In this document: in pieces, positions 47,957-58,628 of the stretch
Layout: the number at the start of each line of letters is the position of its first letter
Position numbering within the stretch: the first letter of the stretch is position 1
NCBI GenBank assembly: GCA_963663165.1
Contig: OY760175.1
Location: 3,648,001-3,712,000, forward strand
Direction: 5' to 3'
DNA from: an uncultured Desulfospira sp.
GTDB lineage: Bacteria; Desulfobacterota; Desulfobacteria; Desulfobacterales; Desulfobacteraceae
Length of the DNA: 64,000 bases
Program-made: the position numbers and the translations under genes
Notes under the pieces: model-generated
Seen by the model: the letters and a program-made list of their open reading frames with translations, nothing else
Databases searched by the model: none
Told to the model about the DNA's origin: nothing

Positions 47957-49867
47957 ATGATTAGCATAACATTTCCGGACAAGACGATAAAGGAATTTGA
48001 AAATATCCCCACCGGCATGGATGTGGCCAAAAGCATTTCCGAAGGATTTGCCAGAAACTGCGTGGCCATGAGAATTGACGGGAACCTTCTGGACCTGAGC
48101 CGGGAAATCCAACAGGATTCATCAATTGAATTTATAACTGTCAACGATGAGGAAGGTCTTGATATCCTGCGTCATTCCACAGCCCATGTCATGGCCGAGG
48201 CGGTTTTAAATATCTACCCGGATGCCAAACTGACCATCGGCCCGGTGGTGGAAGACGGATTCTACTACGACATTAAAATGGAACCGGTTTCCGAAGAGGC
48301 CTTTCCCGCCATTGAGTCGGAGATGCAAAAAATCATCAAGGCCAAGGCCGGCTTTGAACGGCAGGTGGTGTCTAAGGATCAGGCCCTTGAGATTTTCAAG
48401 GACAATCCGTTCAAACTCGAACTCATCAACGAGCTGGCCGACCAGGAGATTTCCCTTTACCAAAACGGCAAATTCATTGACCTTTGCCGGGGACCCCATA
48501 TCCCCCATACCGGTATGATCAAGGGCGTTAAGCTGCTGAAAATCTCCGGGGCATACTGGCGGGCGGACCAGGAAAGGGAACAGCTTCAGCGGCTTTACGG
48601 CATCTCCTTTTTTGACAAAAAAGAACTCAATAAGTACCTGCACATGATTGAAGAGGCCCAGAAACGGGACCACAGAAAACTGGGCACCAAACTGGACCTT
48701 TACTCCTTTCATGACGAGGCCGCCGGCATGCCCTTCTTCCACGCCAATGGCATTGAGATCTGGAATGCTCTTTTGGCATACTGGAGGGAAGAACATAAAA
48801 AAGACGGGTATGTGGAAACCAAAACCCCCATCATGCTCAACCGGAAATTGTGGGAACAATCCGGCCACTGGGAAAATTACCGGGAAAACATGTACACATC
48901 GGTCATTGATGATGAAGAGTACGCCATCAAACCCATGAACTGCCCCGGGGGCATGCTGCTCTACAAGACCAAAGCCTACTCTTACCGGGATCTGCCCCTG
49001 CGGGCCGGGGAGATCGGGCTGGTTCACCGGCATGAACTGTCCGGTGCCCTGTCCGGGCTGTTCAGGGTCAGGGCCTTTCACCAGGACGATGCCCATATTT
49101 TCATGACCGCAGACCATATCAGAAAAGAGGTTATGGGCGTTCTTAAACTGGCCAAACGGATTTACAGCCGGTTCGGCCTGACCTTTCATCTGGAACTGTC
49201 CACCCGGCCCAAAAAATCAATCGGCACGGACGAACAATGGGAAGAGGCCACCAACGGCCTTCGCGGTGCCCTGGACGAATACGGCCAGGAATACTTCATC
49301 AATGAAGGGGACGGTGCGTTTTACGGGCCCAAAATTGATGTCCACATCAAGGATGCCCTGGGCAGAACCTGGCAGTGCGGCACCATTCAGCTGGACATGG
49401 CGCTGCCCGAACGGTTTGACTTAACCTACAAGGGCCAGGACAATGAAAAGCACCGGCCCATCATGGTTCACCGGACCATATTCGGTTCTCTGGAGCGGTT
49501 TTTCGGTATTCTTGTGGAACATTTTGCCGGAAAGTTCCCCTTATGGATGGCCCCTGTCCAGGCGATTTTACTGCCCATCAACCAGGATCTGGCCGGGTAT
49601 GCCGAATCCGTAAGAGAAAAACTGGATGAGGCCGGGATCCGGTGTGAGGTGGATAAAAGAAGTGAAACCTTAAAGAAAAAAATCCGGGAAGCCCAGCTGA
49701 ACTATGTGCCCCTGATCATTACCATCGGGGACAAGGAAAAAGAAAGCGGGACCCTGTCTGTCCGGACCCTGGACGGCAAGGTCCGCATGGGGCTTTCCAT
49801 GGATGAATTCACCACCCCGGTTCTGAAACATATCAAGAACAGGACCCTGGATGAATCAATTTTTTAG
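47957..49867 (+). CDS. thrS: Threonine--tRNA ligase
   Basis: RHSTAHV, DLCRGPH, RDHRKLG, KPMNCP, AFYGPKID. Confidence 0.98.
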   Translation: MISITFPDKTIKEFENIPTGMDVAKSISEGFARNCVAMRIDGNLLDLSREIQQDSSIEFITVNDEEGLDILRHSTAHVMAEAVLNIYPDAKLTIGPVVEDGFYYDIKMEPVSEEAFPAIESEMQKIIKAKAGFERQVVSKDQALEIFKDNPFKLELINELADQEISLYQNGKFIDLCRGPHIPHTGMIKGVKLLKISGAYWRADQEREQLQRLYGISFFDKKELNKYLHMIEEAQKRDHRKLGTKLDLYSFHDEAAGMPFFHANGIEIWNALLAYWREEHKKDGYVETKTPIMLNRKLWEQSGHWENYRENMYTSVIDDEEYAIKPMNCPGGMLLYKTKAYSYRDLPLRAGEIGLVHRHELSGALSGLFRVRAFHQDDAHIFMTADHIRKEVMGVLKLAKRIYSRFGLTFHLELSTRPKKSIGTDEQWEEATNGLRGALDEYGQEYFINEGDGAFYGPKIDVHIKDALGRTWQCGTIQLDMALPERFDLTYKGQDNEKHRPIMVHRTIFGSLERFFGILVEHFAGKFPLWMAPVQAILLPINQDLAGYAESVREKLDEAGIRCEVDKRSETLKKKIREAQLNYVPLIITIGDKEKESGTLSVRTLDGKVRMGLSMDEFTTPVLKHIKNRTLDESIF

Positions 49868-49878
49868 ACGGTGCGGCC

Positions 49879-49929
49879 GGGCAGCTCGTTAGAGAAGCTT
49901 CAGCTCACAAATTCACCCATCTGCTGCCT
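49879..49929. repeat. Family B repeat, partial copy
   Basis: gggcagctcgttagagaagcttcagctcacaaattcacccatctgc aligns with 7922-7968. Confidence 0.65.
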
Positions 49930-49949
49930 TACGTCTCCAGGTATTTTAA

Positions 49950-50384
49950 ATGAAGCTATTGTCTAAAACAGACATTATCGGGCCGGCCAAAAGGGGCGGC
50001 CCGGTTGACCCTTTCCGGCTCAACCTGTATTACAGGCTTCCTGTAATTCTGCTGTGCGGGTTTATCTTTTTGCAGTCCTGTTTCTCTTTTTCTTATACCC
50101 CGCCCCTGTTTGAACATGAAGACAAGGTCAAGCATTTCCTGGCCTATGGGGTGCTGGCCTTTCTGGCGGCCCGCTGGATCATGCAGGGAAAAATAAAATT
50201 AACCCTTTTAAAAATCCAGGTTCTGGCCTTTGCCTTCACTGTGCTTTACGGCCTGTCCGATGAATTCCACCAGTCTTTTGTTCCCGGCCGGTATGCGTCA
50301 GGCCTGGACCTTGTGGCCGATGCCGTTGGTGCCCTATTCGGGGCATGGATTTTCGGATGGCTGCGAAGAAAATTGAACCCATAA
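49950..50384 (+). CDS. VanZ family membrane protein
   Basis: DKVKHFLAY..YGLSDEFHQSFVPGR..DLVAD. Confidence 0.88.
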   Translation: MKLLSKTDIIGPAKRGGPVDPFRLNLYYRLPVILLCGFIFLQSCFSFSYTPPLFEHEDKVKHFLAYGVLAFLAARWIMQGKIKLTLLKIQVLAFAFTVLYGLSDEFHQSFVPGRYASGLDLVADAVGALFGAWIFGWLRRKLNP

Positions 50385-50511
50385 CGAAACAGAAAACAAA
50401 TTATACAATCACCCCAAAAAAATGTATGATGACCTATTTTAGACTTTAGACTTGGGACTTTAGAAAAGTGATCCTAGGGCTGTCTCAAGTTTTTAAAAAA
50501 GGAGGGAAAAA

Positions 50512-51300
50512 ATGAGATGCCATGAAGTCGATTATGAAATTTTCGGAGACGACATGCAGACCGTAGAGGTCGAGCTGGATCCCGGAGAGACTGTTATCGC
50601 CGAAGCCGGTGCCATGAACTGGATGGAAGACGGCATTGCCTTTGAAGCCAAAATGGGAGACGGGTCCGAACCGGACAAAGGGTTCATGGGCAAACTGTTT
50701 GACGCCGGGAAAAGGGCAGTCACCGGAGAATCTCTCTTCCTTACCCATTTTACCAACCAGGGTGCCGGCAAAAAGCGGGTGGCCTTTTCCGCCCCGTATC
50801 CGGGCAAAATCATCCCCGTGGACATGAACATCATGGGCGGGGAACTGATCTGCCAGAAAGACGCTTTTCTGTGTGCGGCGTTAGGGACAAAGGTCAGCAT
50901 TGCATTTAACCGGAAACTCGGGGCCGGATTTTTCGGCGGCGAGGGGTTTATCCTCCAGAAACTGCAAGGGGACGGCATGGCCTTTATCCATGCCGGCGGC
51001 ACCATCGTTAAAAAAGAACTCAACCATGAAACCATCCGGGTAGATACCGGCTGTATTGTGGGGTTCAGCCCGGGCATTGATTATGATATCCAGCGGGCCG
51101 GCAGCCTCAAATCCATGTTTTTCGGCGGAGAAGGCCTGTTCCTGGCCACCCTGTCCGGCCATGGATCGGTTTACCTGCAAAGCCTGCCCTTTTCCCGGCT
51201 GGCCGACCGGGTCATTGCCCATGCGCCCTCTGCCGGCGGATCGGCCAAAGGGGAGGGGTCTCTTCTCGGCGGTATCGGAAGGATGCTGGACGGAGACTAG
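50512..51300 (+). CDS. TIGR00266/AIM24 family protein
   Basis: [27 protein letters not shown]. Confidence 0.88.
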   Translation: MRCHEVDYEIFGDDMQTVEVELDPGETVIAEAGAMNWMEDGIAFEAKMGDGSEPDKGFMGKLFDAGKRAVTGESLFLTHFTNQGAGKKRVAFSAPYPGKIIPVDMNIMGGELICQKDAFLCAALGTKVSIAFNRKLGAGFFGGEGFILQKLQGDGMAFIHAGGTIVKKELNHETIRVDTGCIVGFSPGIDYDIQRAGSLKSMFFGGEGLFLATLSGHGSVYLQSLPFSRLADRVIAHAPSAGGSAKGEGSLLGGIGRMLDGD

Positions 51301-51301
51301 C

Positions 51302-51456
51302 CCGTTGTTTGAACGGAAAGCCGCCCATCTGCTGCGTGACAGAAAAATTTGCAACCCTCACAACCTTTCAGGTTGCTCCGGTTGCAAATTTTTCTGCACC
51401 TTGCGTATGGGCAACTTTGTGAGCTAAAGCTCCTCTGGCGAGCCGCCCAAACACGG
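51302..51456. repeat. Family B repeat, longest copy
   Basis: ccgttgtttg...caaacacgg ends; internal stem cagaaaaatttgcaacc/ggttgcaaatttttctg; its right arm is the reverse complement of the left arm of the 7914 copy. Confidence 0.78.
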
Positions 51457-51489
51457 AATCCATCACCACCAAATCAAAGGTTATACGAC

Positions 51490-51978
51490 ATGTGCAATTT
51501 TAAACGCGGGGCGACGGCTCTTTTAACTATAAAACCGGCCATTATCGCGATACTGATTTTTGGATTTCTGGCCGCCCCGGCCTCAGGGGAGCAGATCAAC
51601 TGGAAAAGCTATGCGGCCGGCATCCAGCAGGCCAGGACCCAGCACAAAAAAATATTTCTCCACTTCACGGCAGACTGGTGCGGGTATTGTAGAAAAATGG
51701 ATGCCCTCACGTTTAAAGATGCCGCCGTGATTGATTATTTAAACAAAAACTTTATCAGCATCAAGGTGAACGGGGATAAGGAAAAACAAGTTACCCAAAA
51801 TCATAAAGTCTCCGGGTTCCCGGACAACCGTTTTTATGATGCCAAACTGAACCAGGCCTTCCGTGTGCCCGGTTTTGTGGATCCCATGGCATTTAAATTC
51901 TATATGGAATATGTCAGCACGGACAGTTATAAGGATATGAGCCCCCAGGAATATTACCGGACCAAAACCGGGAAATAA
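51490..51978 (+). CDS. Periplasmic thioredoxin-fold protein
   Basis: Signal peptide; WCGYC; start moved to ATG 51490 because the upstream extension in the ORF track translates a repeat. Confidence 0.82.
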   Translation: MCNFKRGATALLTIKPAIIAILIFGFLAAPASGEQINWKSYAAGIQQARTQHKKIFLHFTADWCGYCRKMDALTFKDAAVIDYLNKNFISIKVNGDKEKQVTQNHKVSGFPDNRFYDAKLNQAFRVPGFVDPMAFKFYMEYVSTDSYKDMSPQEYYRTKTGK

Positions 51979-52019
51979 GGATGGGGGGGGTTTTTTCGGA
52001 TTCTATCCCTTGTATCGTA

Positions 52020-52535
52020 CATGAGGATTAGCCCAAGCGCTTCCACCCGTTTCGGTTTTTTCAGAAAGATGGCATTCACAATGGCCGGATCTTTCAGGAA
52101 CCCAAAATTTTTTTCGATTCCATCCTGTTCTTTATAGAGCCTGAGGAGTTCGCCCCCCGACCACTCATGCTCGTTAGCCTGGGCCGGAACGTTGGTTATG
52201 AGTACAAAACAGCCCGCTTCAAGTCTGATCTTTTCTGTTTTTTCAGGATTTTCTTCGACAGTTGCCTTCAGTTCATATTCAATGGCTTTCGGCTTCCTGG
52301 CCTCCCCTTTTTTGGGACGTCCTTTACCGTATTTTGGCACGTCAATGATCTCTGTCCGCACGTTGTAAAGACTTTTTTCTGCTGCTTTGACCAAAATGCC
52401 AGCTGCCACCTCAGCATCCGGGCAACATTTGAAGGGGTTATGAGTCGCCTCTTTGATTTTCTTTTCCAGCTGGCCTTTGTTGGTTTTTAATATTGTTTCT
52501 GACGCCTTTTATCATGGGCACTGGAGTGATATACG
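52020..52535 (-). pseudogene. IS1634-family transposase fragment
   Basis: HSSAHDKRRQK / frame break / KGRPKK..GCFVLITN..YKEQDGIEKNFGFLKDP..KKPKRVEAL; truncated at both ends. Confidence 0.8.
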
Positions 52536-52539
52536 GTTC

Positions 52540-52885
52540 ATTTCTCAGGGTATTCGAACAATATAGTACGGTATCTGTCACCGCCCAGGAAACCTATGGG
52601 GACCACTATTTTGAAAGGTGGGCCGGTCCCTCTGGAAATGATCTGGAAGATCCGCCGGTTACATGGCCGCAAAGATCCCTTAACGTTGAGGATGACCGGA
52701 CCATATGCCCGGTTTTCCGCGCTTTTTACAAAGGCGACTTTGACCGGGACAAAGATGTGGATGCCAAAGATTTAAATACGTTTATTCTGCATTATGAAAC
52801 CGTGCGCGCGGACCTTGACGCAAACGGCATCATAGACGATATGGACATAAAAAAACTTGCTGAGAGCTTTGGGAGTGTGCCGTAA
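52540..52885 (+). pseudogene. 3' remnant of a secreted protein with C-terminal dockerin/EF-hand-like motif
   Basis: VSVTAQE..YFERWAG, then KGDFDRDKDVDAKDL..ADLDANGIIDDMDI..FG; 5' end replaced by the IS fragment. Confidence 0.6.
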
Positions 52886-52982
52886 ATTTTTAAGCATCTG
52901 TCATGACAAAAGAAGCTTTATCCATTGAAAACAAAGGATATATGATGAAAACGCGATATTTTTCAAGACCCCCTTATGGCAC

Positions 52983-53597
52983 TTATTGGCGGGCCATGGC
53001 AAGCCTTGCGCCAAGCAAGGCAAATACGGCGGCAAATGAGCGCTGCATCCGCTGAACCATTTTCGGGGAGCCTGCGATAAACCGGCGGGCATAGTTGGCC
53101 AGCAGACCGTAAAGGATAAACACCACCAGGGTCATTCCCATGAACACTGCGCTCAGGCTGACAAACTGAAACATGGGGGCACCATTGCCGGGGACCACAA
53201 AATGGGGCAGAAAGGCCAGAAAAAAGATAGACAGTTTGGGGTTAAGGATGTTGATTAAAAATCCCCTGACCACTATTTTCCTCAGCCCGCTTGTCTTTCC
53301 AGGAGATTCAAGACGGATCAGGCCCGTATCCTTCCACATGCACCAGGCCAGATAAAACAGGTAAACCGCTCCCGCATATTTAACCGCCTGAAACATGAGA
53401 GCGCTGGTGTGAAGAATGGCGGACAACCCCAAAATGGAGGCCGTCAGGTGGGGAATAATGCCGGTGGTGCAGCCAAAGGCTGCGGCAATGCCGGCCCGCC
53501 GTCCCACAAAGAGTCCGTTTGAAACCGTGTAGATCACACCCGTACCCGGCACCAGAACAACAACCAGTGAAGTGATTAAAAATTCAAGGTTGATCAT
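52983..53597 (-). CDS. LysE/RhtB family exporter
   Basis: PGTG motif; GAVYLFYLA; LNPKLSIFFLAFLP. Confidence 0.9.
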   Translation of the reverse strand: MINLEFLITSLVVVLVPGTGVIYTVSNGLFVGRRAGIAAAFGCTTGIIPHLTASILGLSAILHTSALMFQAVKYAGAVYLFYLAWCMWKDTGLIRLESPGKTSGLRKIVVRGFLINILNPKLSIFFLAFLPHFVVPGNGAPMFQFVSLSAVFMGMTLVVFILYGLLANYARRFIAGSPKMVQRMQRSFAAVFALLGARLAMARQ

Positions 53598-53717
53598 AAA
53601 TTTTCCTATATCAATAAGGGCAACAAGGTTTATAATAATCTTAAGAGCAAAATATTATCACAGCAGCTAAAAGAATGATATCCCCCACCGAATTTTGATA
53701 CCGAAAGGAAGAACCCC

Positions 53718-54734
53718 ATGAAAAGCCATTTGAAATTAAAGATAAAAACAAACGGCCTCATTGTTCTATGCCTGTTTTCTGCTTTTCTTTTTCCGGCGGC
53801 CGGTTTGGCCGGCAGCGATCCCCTGCCATCCTGGAATGGCGGGGCGGCAAAGCAGCGTATTCTTGGCTTTGTCAAAAATGTTACGGATAAACAAAGTAAA
53901 TCCTATGTTGTACCTGAAGAACGAATCGCCACTTTTGACAATGACGGAACCCTATGGTCAGAGCAGCCCCTTTATTTTCAATTTGCCTTTGCCCTTGACC
54001 GGGTAAAAGAAATGGCACCGGAACACCCGGAATGGAATGCGCAGCCGCCGTTCAAAACCGTACTTGAAGGTGATATGAAATCCGTTCTGGCCGGAGGAGA
54101 AAAAGGTATCTTTGAAATTTTGACCGCCACCCATACCGGCATGACCACCGCCGAATTTGACCAGCAGGTCAAAACCTGGATCGCCGTGGCAAAACATCCC
54201 CGCTTCAATAAGCTTTATACAGACTGTATCTTTGTTCCCATGCTGGAGTTGATCAACTACCTTAAGGCCAGCGGGTTTAAAACCTGGATCGTTTCCGGGG
54301 GCAGTATCGGGTTTATGAGGCCATGGACCGAAGATGTATACGGCATTCCCCCGGAGCAGGTGGTGGGCAGCCGGTTTGAAACCAAGCTTGAAACGAAGGG
54401 CCAGACCCCGGTACTGATGCGCCAGCCCAAACTGGAGTTTATCGACGACAAAGAAGGGAAACCGGTTGGGATCCATCAGCACATCGGCCGCCGGCCCATT
54501 GCCGCCTTCGGTAATTCCGACGGAGACCTGCAGATGCTGCAATGGGCGGCCGCAGGGGGCGGGGACCGGCTGATGCTCTATGTTCACCACACCGATGAAA
54601 TCCGGGAATGGGCCTATGACCGAAACTCTTCCATCGGCAGGCTGGATAAAGGCCTGGATGAAGCCGCCGCCAATGGGTGGGTGGTCGTGGACATGAAAAA
54701 AGACTGGAACCGGATATATAAGTTTGAACCGTAA
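53718..54734 (+). CDS. Secreted HAD-family hydrolase (acid phosphatase-like)
   Basis: Signal peptide; DPLPSWN, FDNDGTLW, GNSDGD. Confidence 0.88.
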   Translation: MKSHLKLKIKTNGLIVLCLFSAFLFPAAGLAGSDPLPSWNGGAAKQRILGFVKNVTDKQSKSYVVPEERIATFDNDGTLWSEQPLYFQFAFALDRVKEMAPEHPEWNAQPPFKTVLEGDMKSVLAGGEKGIFEILTATHTGMTTAEFDQQVKTWIAVAKHPRFNKLYTDCIFVPMLELINYLKASGFKTWIVSGGSIGFMRPWTEDVYGIPPEQVVGSRFETKLETKGQTPVLMRQPKLEFIDDKEGKPVGIHQHIGRRPIAAFGNSDGDLQMLQWAAAGGGDRLMLYVHHTDEIREWAYDRNSSIGRLDKGLDEAAANGWVVVDMKKDWNRIYKFEP

Positions 54735-54794
54735 CCGTGTTTTGCCGCCGGCCGGCTGCAGCCGGTATAGAAAGCCTGCTGCCGGCTCATAGCA

Positions 54795-55565
54795 TCAGGG
54801 AAAAATCAGCAGCTTCAGCGCAAAGGCCAGCACCGTCACATTCACCACTTTCTTAATCCAGTCATGGCCCTTGTCAATGGCCAGTTTGGGTCCGATCATT
54901 CCGCCGATGGAATTGCCCGCCGCAAGGCTGATCCCTAAAGAATAGTTGACCTCGCCGTGAAAGATAAACACGCACAGGGCAACAAAGGTATACACAAACA
55001 CCACAAACACCTTCACTGCGTTAATCCGGACCAGGTCCATCCCATGGGCCAGCAGCGCGGCAATGATAATAAAGCCGACACCAGCCTGGACAAAACCGCC
55101 GTATACACCCACAAAAAAGAAGGAAACCGAAAGGACCACTTTGCGCCAGACCCCGAATTGGACATTCTCCTGCCGCATCCGTTTCATGGGATCAACGGCC
55201 GTAAAAATCAGCACGCAGATCATGATACCGGCCAGGACCCGGTTGAACACCGCATCCTCAATACTGATGGCAAGGCTGGCCCCAACCCAGGAGCCCAACA
55301 GCGCCGTAGGGGTGCATAATATCACCAGATCCCCGGGGAAAACCCCGTGTTTGCGGAACCCCCTGATGGCAAACAGGTTCTGAAAGAAAATGGCAATCCG
55401 GTTGGTGCCGTTGGCAACCGCACTGGGCAGCCCCATAAAAATAAGCAGCGGCAGCGTCAGCAATGACCCGCCCCCGGCCAGGACATTCAAAACCCCGGCA
55501 ATGATTCCAACAAAAAAAAGAAGCGGCAGCTGCCAGTACAGCAGCAGGGTTGAGGTTTCCAGCAT
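54795..55565 (-). CDS. TauE/SafE (TSUP) family transporter
   Basis: AGGGSLLTLP, ANGTNR, GVYGGFVQAGVG; start at MLETST after GGAG. Confidence 0.88.
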   Translation of the reverse strand: MLETSTLLLYWQLPLLFFVGIIAGVLNVLAGGGSLLTLPLLIFMGLPSAVANGTNRIAIFFQNLFAIRGFRKHGVFPGDLVILCTPTALLGSWVGASLAISIEDAVFNRVLAGIMICVLIFTAVDPMKRMRQENVQFGVWRKVVLSVSFFFVGVYGGFVQAGVGFIIIAALLAHGMDLVRINAVKVFVVFVYTFVALCVFIFHGEVNYSLGISLAAGNSIGGMIGPKLAIDKGHDWIKKVVNVTVLAFALKLLIFP

Positions 55566-55849
55566 GATTCTTTTCTCCAAATTCTTAAGGGGGCCCGGCC
55601 CCAATGGCTACAGCAGCCAGGCATTCTATTATCCAATGCAGGCGCCAGCATACTTGAATTTACGGAAGAGCTCAATATTCAGCGGTAGATTTGGGCTGGA
55701 CAGCTGCGGTAAAACCCTTTAAACAGAAAGGCCGAAGGTGTTTAGGCTGAAGGCTGTTAGGGTGGCCTTAACGGCTTTCATGGTTTGCTGCGGGCGTTTG
55801 GCCCGGCTGTGTTATGAGAATCAAAGGGATACAATAGGAAGAAACATAT

Positions 55850-56392
55850 ATGGCAGAAGAAATTTTTGATGTGGTTGATGAAGATGACCGGATTATCGGC
55901 GAGGCCGCCCGGGAGCAGGTCCACGGCAACCCTGAGCTGATTCACAGGGTGGTCCATGTCCTTGTTTTTAACTCAAATAAAGAACTCTACCTTCAAAAAC
56001 GGGACATGAACAAAGATGTCCAGCCGGGGAAATGGGATACCTCCGTGGGCGGCCATGTGGACAAAGGGGAGTCTTACCAGGATGCGGCCGTCCGTGAAAT
56101 GGAAGAAGAGCTTGGAATCAAAGGGGCACAGCTGAACTACCTGTACAAGTACCGGATGTGCAATGATTATGAATCCGAATTTGTGTCAAGTTACCATTGT
56201 CTATGGGACGGGGCCATTGAAACCAACCCGGAAGAAATTGAAGCAGGGCGCTTCTGGTGCCTTAGTGATATTGCCGCGCAAACGGACTCCGGGATATTTA
56301 CACCCAATTTTTTAGATGAGATTGCCCGTTACCGGGAATGTTCCGGGATGATTGACTTTGGGCAGCCCCTCGGGGTATTAGGGGAGACATGA
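55850..56392 (+). CDS. NUDIX hydrolase (IPP-isomerase/YfcD-like)
   Basis: Nudix box GGHVDKGESYQDAAVREMEEELG. Confidence 0.9.
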   Translation: MAEEIFDVVDEDDRIIGEAAREQVHGNPELIHRVVHVLVFNSNKELYLQKRDMNKDVQPGKWDTSVGGHVDKGESYQDAAVREMEEELGIKGAQLNYLYKYRMCNDYESEFVSSYHCLWDGAIETNPEEIEAGRFWCLSDIAAQTDSGIFTPNFLDEIARYRECSGMIDFGQPLGVLGET

Positions 56393-58524
56393 ATATTGAA
56401 CCCATCATCAGCCGGGAGACCGGCTTGGCAGAACCCCGCATCTCAGCTGTTTTAAGTCTGCTGGAGGAGGGGGGAACGGTTCCCTTTATTGCCCGGTACA
56501 GAAAAGAGCTCACCGGTGCCATGGACGAAGTGGCCATCTCCGGGATCCGGGACAGGGCCAAAGCCTTAAAAGAACTGGACGCCAGAAAACAGGCCATTGT
56601 CAAATCCCTTGAGCAAAGAGAGCTTTATACCCGGGACTTAAGCCTTCAGATTGAAGGGGCCCTTTCCATGGCCGAGCTGGAAGATATTTACGAAAAATAC
56701 CGGCCCAAGAAACGGACCCGGGCCGCAATAGCCCGGGAAAAGGGGCTGGAGCCCCTGGCCCGGATGCTTTTAGACCCCAAAGGCATCCCGGACTCTCAAA
56801 AAGCGGTCAAAAAATTCATTACTTCTGAAGTTCCCACAGAAACAGACGCATGGGCCGGGGCCCGGGATATCATTGCCGAACAGATCAATGAAGATGCCGG
56901 CATCCGGTCAGGGATAAGGGATGTTTTCATTAAAACCGCCATGTTTCAGTCCAAGGTGATCAAGGCAAACCAGGAACAGGGGGCCAAATTCAAGGATTAT
57001 TTTGACTGGGAAGAATTGGCATTCAAAGCCCCGTCCCACAGGGTTCTGGCCATGCTCCGGGGCGCGGGCGAAAAAATCCTGCGAATTCACGTCCTGCCCG
57101 ATGAGCAACGGGCCCTGGGCCTGATTTATGCGGTTTACCCGGGCAGAAAAAACCAATGCCGGTTCAGTTCGGACCAGGTTCGCCTGGCTGCTGAAGACGC
57201 CTACAAACGGCTGCTGTCCAAATCCATTGAAAATGAGGCCATAGGACTTCTCAAGCAGAAAGCCGATGAAACCGCCGTGGCGGTTTTCAGCGAGAACTTA
57301 AGGCAGGTGCTGCTGTCTCCGCCATTGGGAGGCCAACCGGTTCTGGCCGTTGACCCGGGGTTCAGAACCGGCTGCAAACTGGCCTGCCTGGACGCGACGG
57401 GACGGCTGGTCCACCATGATGTGATCTATCCCCATACTGAAAAAGGAAAGGCTGCTGCCGGAAAACTGATCCCCGGCCTGATCAGCCGTTACCATATCAT
57501 CGCCGTGGCGGTGGGAAACGGCACGGCAGGAAGGGAAACCGAGGCCTTTTTCAGAGGACTTGGCCTGCCAAAGCATGTGGATGTGATCATGGTGGATGAA
57601 AGCGGGGCCTCGATATATTCAGCCTCTGAAACGGCCAGAGAGGAATTCCCGGACCATGACATCACCGTAAGGGGAGCGGTCTCCATCGGCCGGCGGCTCA
57701 TGGACCCCCTGGCCGAACTGGTCAAAGTGGAGCCCAAATCCATTGGCGTGGGGCAGTACCAGCACGATGTGGATCAGACCCTTCTTAAAACCGCCCTGGA
57801 TGATGTGGTGGTCTCCTGTGTCAACCAGGTCGGGGTGGAGGCCAACACGGCCTCAAAACAGCTTCTGGCCCGGGTATCCGGCCTGAACACTGCCATTGCC
57901 GCCAACATGGTCACATACAGGGATGAAAACGGCCCCTTCAAAACCCGGAAAGAATTCTTAAAGGTGCCCCGCCTAGGCCCCAAAGCCTTTGAGCAGGCCG
58001 CCGGATTCTTAAGAATTCAAGACGGGGAAAACCCTTTGGACAAAAGCGGGATCCATCCCGAGTCCTATTCAATCGTCAGCCGGATGGCCAAGACGGTGAA
58101 CGCCAGCGTGGCCCAGGTCATGAAAAACCCGGAAATGATCCGGCATATCGACCTTAAGCCTTTTATTACAGAGACCACCGGCCTGCCCACTCTCAAAGAC
58201 ATCCTCTCAGAGCTGGCCAATCCGGGCCGGGACCCCAGACAACCCTTCCAGGCATTTTCCTTTGATAAAACCATCCATGCCATCCAGGACCTGGTTCCGG
58301 GCATGGAAGTCCCGGGGCTGGTGACCAATGTTACCGCCTTTGGCGCCTTTGTGGATATCGGGGTTCACCAGGACGGCCTGGTCCACATCAGCCAGCTGGC
58401 AGACCGGTTTGTCAAAGATCCCAATGAAATCGTGAAGGTCCGCCAGCATGTCAAGGTCCGCATCCTTGAGGTGGATATCGCTCGAAAACGGATCTCCCTT
58501 TCCATGAAAGGATTGGGAACCTGA
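56389..58524 (+). CDS. tex: Tex family RNA-binding transcription accessory protein
   Basis: TVPFIARYRKE, DPGFRTGCK, KSIGVGQYQHDV; C-terminal S1 domain. Confidence 0.96.
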   Translation: MNIEPIISRETGLAEPRISAVLSLLEEGGTVPFIARYRKELTGAMDEVAISGIRDRAKALKELDARKQAIVKSLEQRELYTRDLSLQIEGALSMAELEDIYEKYRPKKRTRAAIAREKGLEPLARMLLDPKGIPDSQKAVKKFITSEVPTETDAWAGARDIIAEQINEDAGIRSGIRDVFIKTAMFQSKVIKANQEQGAKFKDYFDWEELAFKAPSHRVLAMLRGAGEKILRIHVLPDEQRALGLIYAVYPGRKNQCRFSSDQVRLAAEDAYKRLLSKSIENEAIGLLKQKADETAVAVFSENLRQVLLSPPLGGQPVLAVDPGFRTGCKLACLDATGRLVHHDVIYPHTEKGKAAAGKLIPGLISRYHIIAVAVGNGTAGRETEAFFRGLGLPKHVDVIMVDESGASIYSASETAREEFPDHDITVRGAVSIGRRLMDPLAELVKVEPKSIGVGQYQHDVDQTLLKTALDDVVVSCVNQVGVEANTASKQLLARVSGLNTAIAANMVTYRDENGPFKTRKEFLKVPRLGPKAFEQAAGFLRIQDGENPLDKSGIHPESYSIVSRMAKTVNASVAQVMKNPEMIRHIDLKPFITETTGLPTLKDILSELANPGRDPRQPFQAFSFDKTIHAIQDLVPGMEVPGLVTNVTAFGAFVDIGVHQDGLVHISQLADRFVKDPNEIVKVRQHVKVRILEVDIARKRISLSMKGLGT

Positions 58525-58566
58525 CGATCGGGTGTCCCCTTCTTTAACCCCGGGGGGTTTTTGGCG

Positions 58567-58595
58567 TTGACGCGCAGGCAGGACTTCACTACTAT
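58567..58595 (+). promoter_or_regulatory. Sigma70-like promoter of sixA
   Basis: TTGACG-17 nt-TACTAT; AGGAGG RBS downstream. Confidence 0.6.
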
Positions 58596-58628
58596 AGCGT
58601 CATGAACATAACTTAAACAGGAGGCTGA

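Noticed and set aside
51349..51489. N-terminal extension of the thioredoxin ORF
   Set aside because: It reads through the family B repeat; the signal peptide starts after ATG 51490
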